From the NCBI GenBank assembly GCA_965203295.1, contig CBDBCZ010000018.1, positions 1,536,001 to 1,600,000 of the forward strand: a stretch of 64,000 nucleotides of DNA. The letters run 5' to 3'. Position 1 is the stretch's first letter. Each line of letters begins with the position of its first letter. Origin of the DNA: Nitrospirales bacterium (GTDB lineage Bacteria > Nitrospirota > Nitrospiria > Nitrospirales > UBA8639). Below the pieces are notes generated by a model. It was not told the DNA's origin. It ran no database searches and was given only the letters and a program-made list of their open reading frames with translations. Below are positions 61,511-64,000 of this stretch, one piece after another. The translations under genes and the position numbers were made by a program.

Positions 61511-61749
61511 AACAGCTGCACTAACACAAACAGCTATACATACATTATGGAGCCACGTGGCCACGCGCGCACCTTGCGGTTAATCAAGCGTACGCGTAAT
61601 TACGTTCCATAAATTCCAACTCCACGTTCCATACATTCCTCCGCTACGCGTAGCGGTAACGCAATCTCCCAGACCCTCCCTTCGTTTTACTTTTCCCTAC
61701 TTTACCGCGGGGGGAGGGCTCTGGGTACAAGACTAATCTGCCACCGTTA

Positions 61750-64000
61750 CCTGAATTCTCCCGAAAATCAAACACATACAAAGGCATTGGAGATGTAGTG
61801 CATGTGTTTGGTCATGATCAGAAACACTTACACAGAGCAGAAACGCTCCCAAAATTCAAACACGATGATTTTGCATATGCATTATTACTAACTGACAGAC
61901 AGATACATGTACAGCCGAGATACGCTCCCAAAATTCAAACAATGACCAGCATAATTACAATACAATTGCAAATGCAGTGGTTAGACCTTGTATATCTTGT
62001 CAGAAGCGCTCACAATGAGCTGAAACGCTTCCAAAATTCAGGCACAATGGTATAATGTATAATGGTATTGAAAATGCTGTATATGTATGAACAAAAACGC
62101 TCACAAAGTGTAGCAACTCACCCAAAAAATGATTTAGATCAAGGTATTGAAAATGCAGTGTATACGTCTTGTCAGAAATTTTCAAAAGGAGCAGAAACGT
62201 GCCCGAATTTTAAACACAATGATTTGGCATATAAAAGTATTGAAAATGTAGAATATATCTCTTGTCAGAAACGTTACAAAGATCAGAAACTTTTCAAAAA
62301 TTCAAACACAATGACATAAGATATAAAGATACTGAAAATACGGTGTGTATATCTTGTCAGAAACGCTTACGTAATTACAGAGAATAAAAACGTGCTCAAA
62401 ATTCAAAAAACGATGACTTAGCATATCCTGGCATAGAAAATGCAGTGTATATTCTCATCAGAAACGCTCACAACGAGCTGAAACGCCCCTAAAATTCAAA
62501 CACAATGTTTTAGTATAAACTAATGTATAAATATTCAGTTGAATAATTGAAAATGCACTTCATGCATCTTGTCAAAAATGTTCACAAAGTGCAGAAACGC
62601 TCCTGAAATCATTTTGGCTCTAATGGTATAGTGAAAATGTAGTACAAGTATCTAGTCGAAAAAGATTACTAATTTCTAAGAGCTAAACTGTTCCCAAAAT
62701 TCAAACACAATGATTTAGGATACAAAGCTACTGAAAGTGCAGTGGATATATCTGGTCAGAAACGCTTACAAAGAGCAAAAACGCTCCCGAACTTCAAACA
62801 CTATGATTTAGCATATAATGGCATTAAAAATGCAGTGTATATATCTTGTCAGAAACGATCTCCAAATTCCAACATTATAGCGAAATTGCAATTAAAGGAA
62901 TTGAAAATGCAGTGCATGTGCCTTGAATGTTATAAATGATTACAAAGAGCTGAATGCTTTCGAAATTCAAAAACAATCGTTTAGCACATAAAGAAATTGA
63001 AAATGCTGTGCATATATCTTGCATAAACGGTCACGAAGACTACAAACTTTCTGAAGTTCAAGCTCAATGATTTCGCATATAAAAGACGGTGTATATTTAT
63101 ATCGGAAGCATTTCTGCTCTCCGTAAACGATGATCGTTTACGGAGAGCAGAAATGCTTCCGATATAATTATTATAACCACCATCATTTAGCATATAATAT
63201 AAGTGTATTGAAAATTCGGTGGACATTATAATCATGTCAGAAACGCTGAAAACGAGTAGCTACAAGACTGAATTTCAAACCATATAAGGGTCTTTAAAAT
63301 GCAGTGTACATAACTTGTCAGAAACGTTCATAACAAGTAGAAACGTCCCAAAAATTCAAACACAAAATGATTGAACATATTATAATGCTATTGCTAATGC
63401 AGTGTATATATGTAGTCACAAACGCTTACAAAGAGCAGCAACACTCCCAAAATTCAAACACAATGATATAGAGTAAGGCATTGAAAATGTAGTGCATGTG
63501 TTTTGTCAGAAATGCTTACGAAGAGCGGAAACGTTCCCGAAATTTAAAACACAATGCTTCAGCATGATATAATTATAGTGAAATGCTGTGTATAGTCTTG
63601 TTAGAAACGCTTGAAATGAGCAGAAACGTTCCCAAAGTATAAACGCAATGATTTAGCATACAAGGGTATTGAAAATAAAGTTATATCTCGACAGAAACAT
63701 GCACAATGAGCAGAAATGTTCCCGAAATTAAAATGCACAGATTTAGGATAAAATGGTATAAAATGCAGTGTGTTTGTCCTGTCAAAAATGCTGACAAAGA
63801 GCGAAACTTTCCCCAAAGTCAAACACAGTAATTTTGCCTATAATGGTTTTTAAAATGCAGTGCATGTATCGTATCAGAAAGTTTTATAAGAGGTACAATC
63901 ATTTCCGAACTCAAATATTAGGATATGAAACAAGTATTGGAAGTATGCTGGTTATGTCTCTTATCAGAAGCTCTGAAAAGATGAGACGCTCCCAAATTCA
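61750..64000 (+). repeat. ~93-bp-unit degenerate array, further copy (runs off the window); a few more units at 45080-45360
   Basis: ORF 62742..62939 matches 3098..3292, and 63601..63822 matches 653..877. Confidence 0.9.

Larger units (their letters stand above)
55998..61735. mobile_element. AcademH DNA transposon, apparently full-length
   Basis: ~91-bp TIRs (55998-56089 and 61645-61735) with TAG..CTA ends; perfect 9-bp TSD atctgccac (55989-97 and 61736-44); convergent RecQ and transposase genes. Confidence 0.92.

Overview
Eukaryotic, intron-containing, repeat-rich DNA. It is probably an invertebrate, most likely a sponge, inferred from the short introns and an intronless Cys-rich multi-pass membrane gene. 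Host-type genes are few: that 583-aa membrane protein (30315-32066) and four isolated internal exons of SART1/SNU66 (24916-28538). The rest is a stack of DNA transposons and tandem arrays. Main find: a 9.3-kb IS3EU-type element (46218-55548; TACGG..CCGTA TIRs, 6-bp TSD) that encodes a spliced DDE transposase and, convergently, a multi-exon Ig-like-domain plus non-RD TKL-type protein kinase cargo gene. It sits inside a Ginger1-like remnant and itself hosts an Academ MITE and a 1.2-kb fold-back element. An apparently intact AcademH element (55998-61735; RecQ helicase plus transposase, 9-bp TSD) follows, and TAG..CTA relatives shrink down to 19 bp elsewhere in the window. Also present: a P-like insertion with its empty site, a Penelope-type minimal hammerhead ribozyme, a ~4.8-kb inverted duplication of a ~93-bp-unit array, several satellites, and a recurrent signature of short palindromic insertions. 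All family assignments come from reading motifs by eye; no database searches were run.
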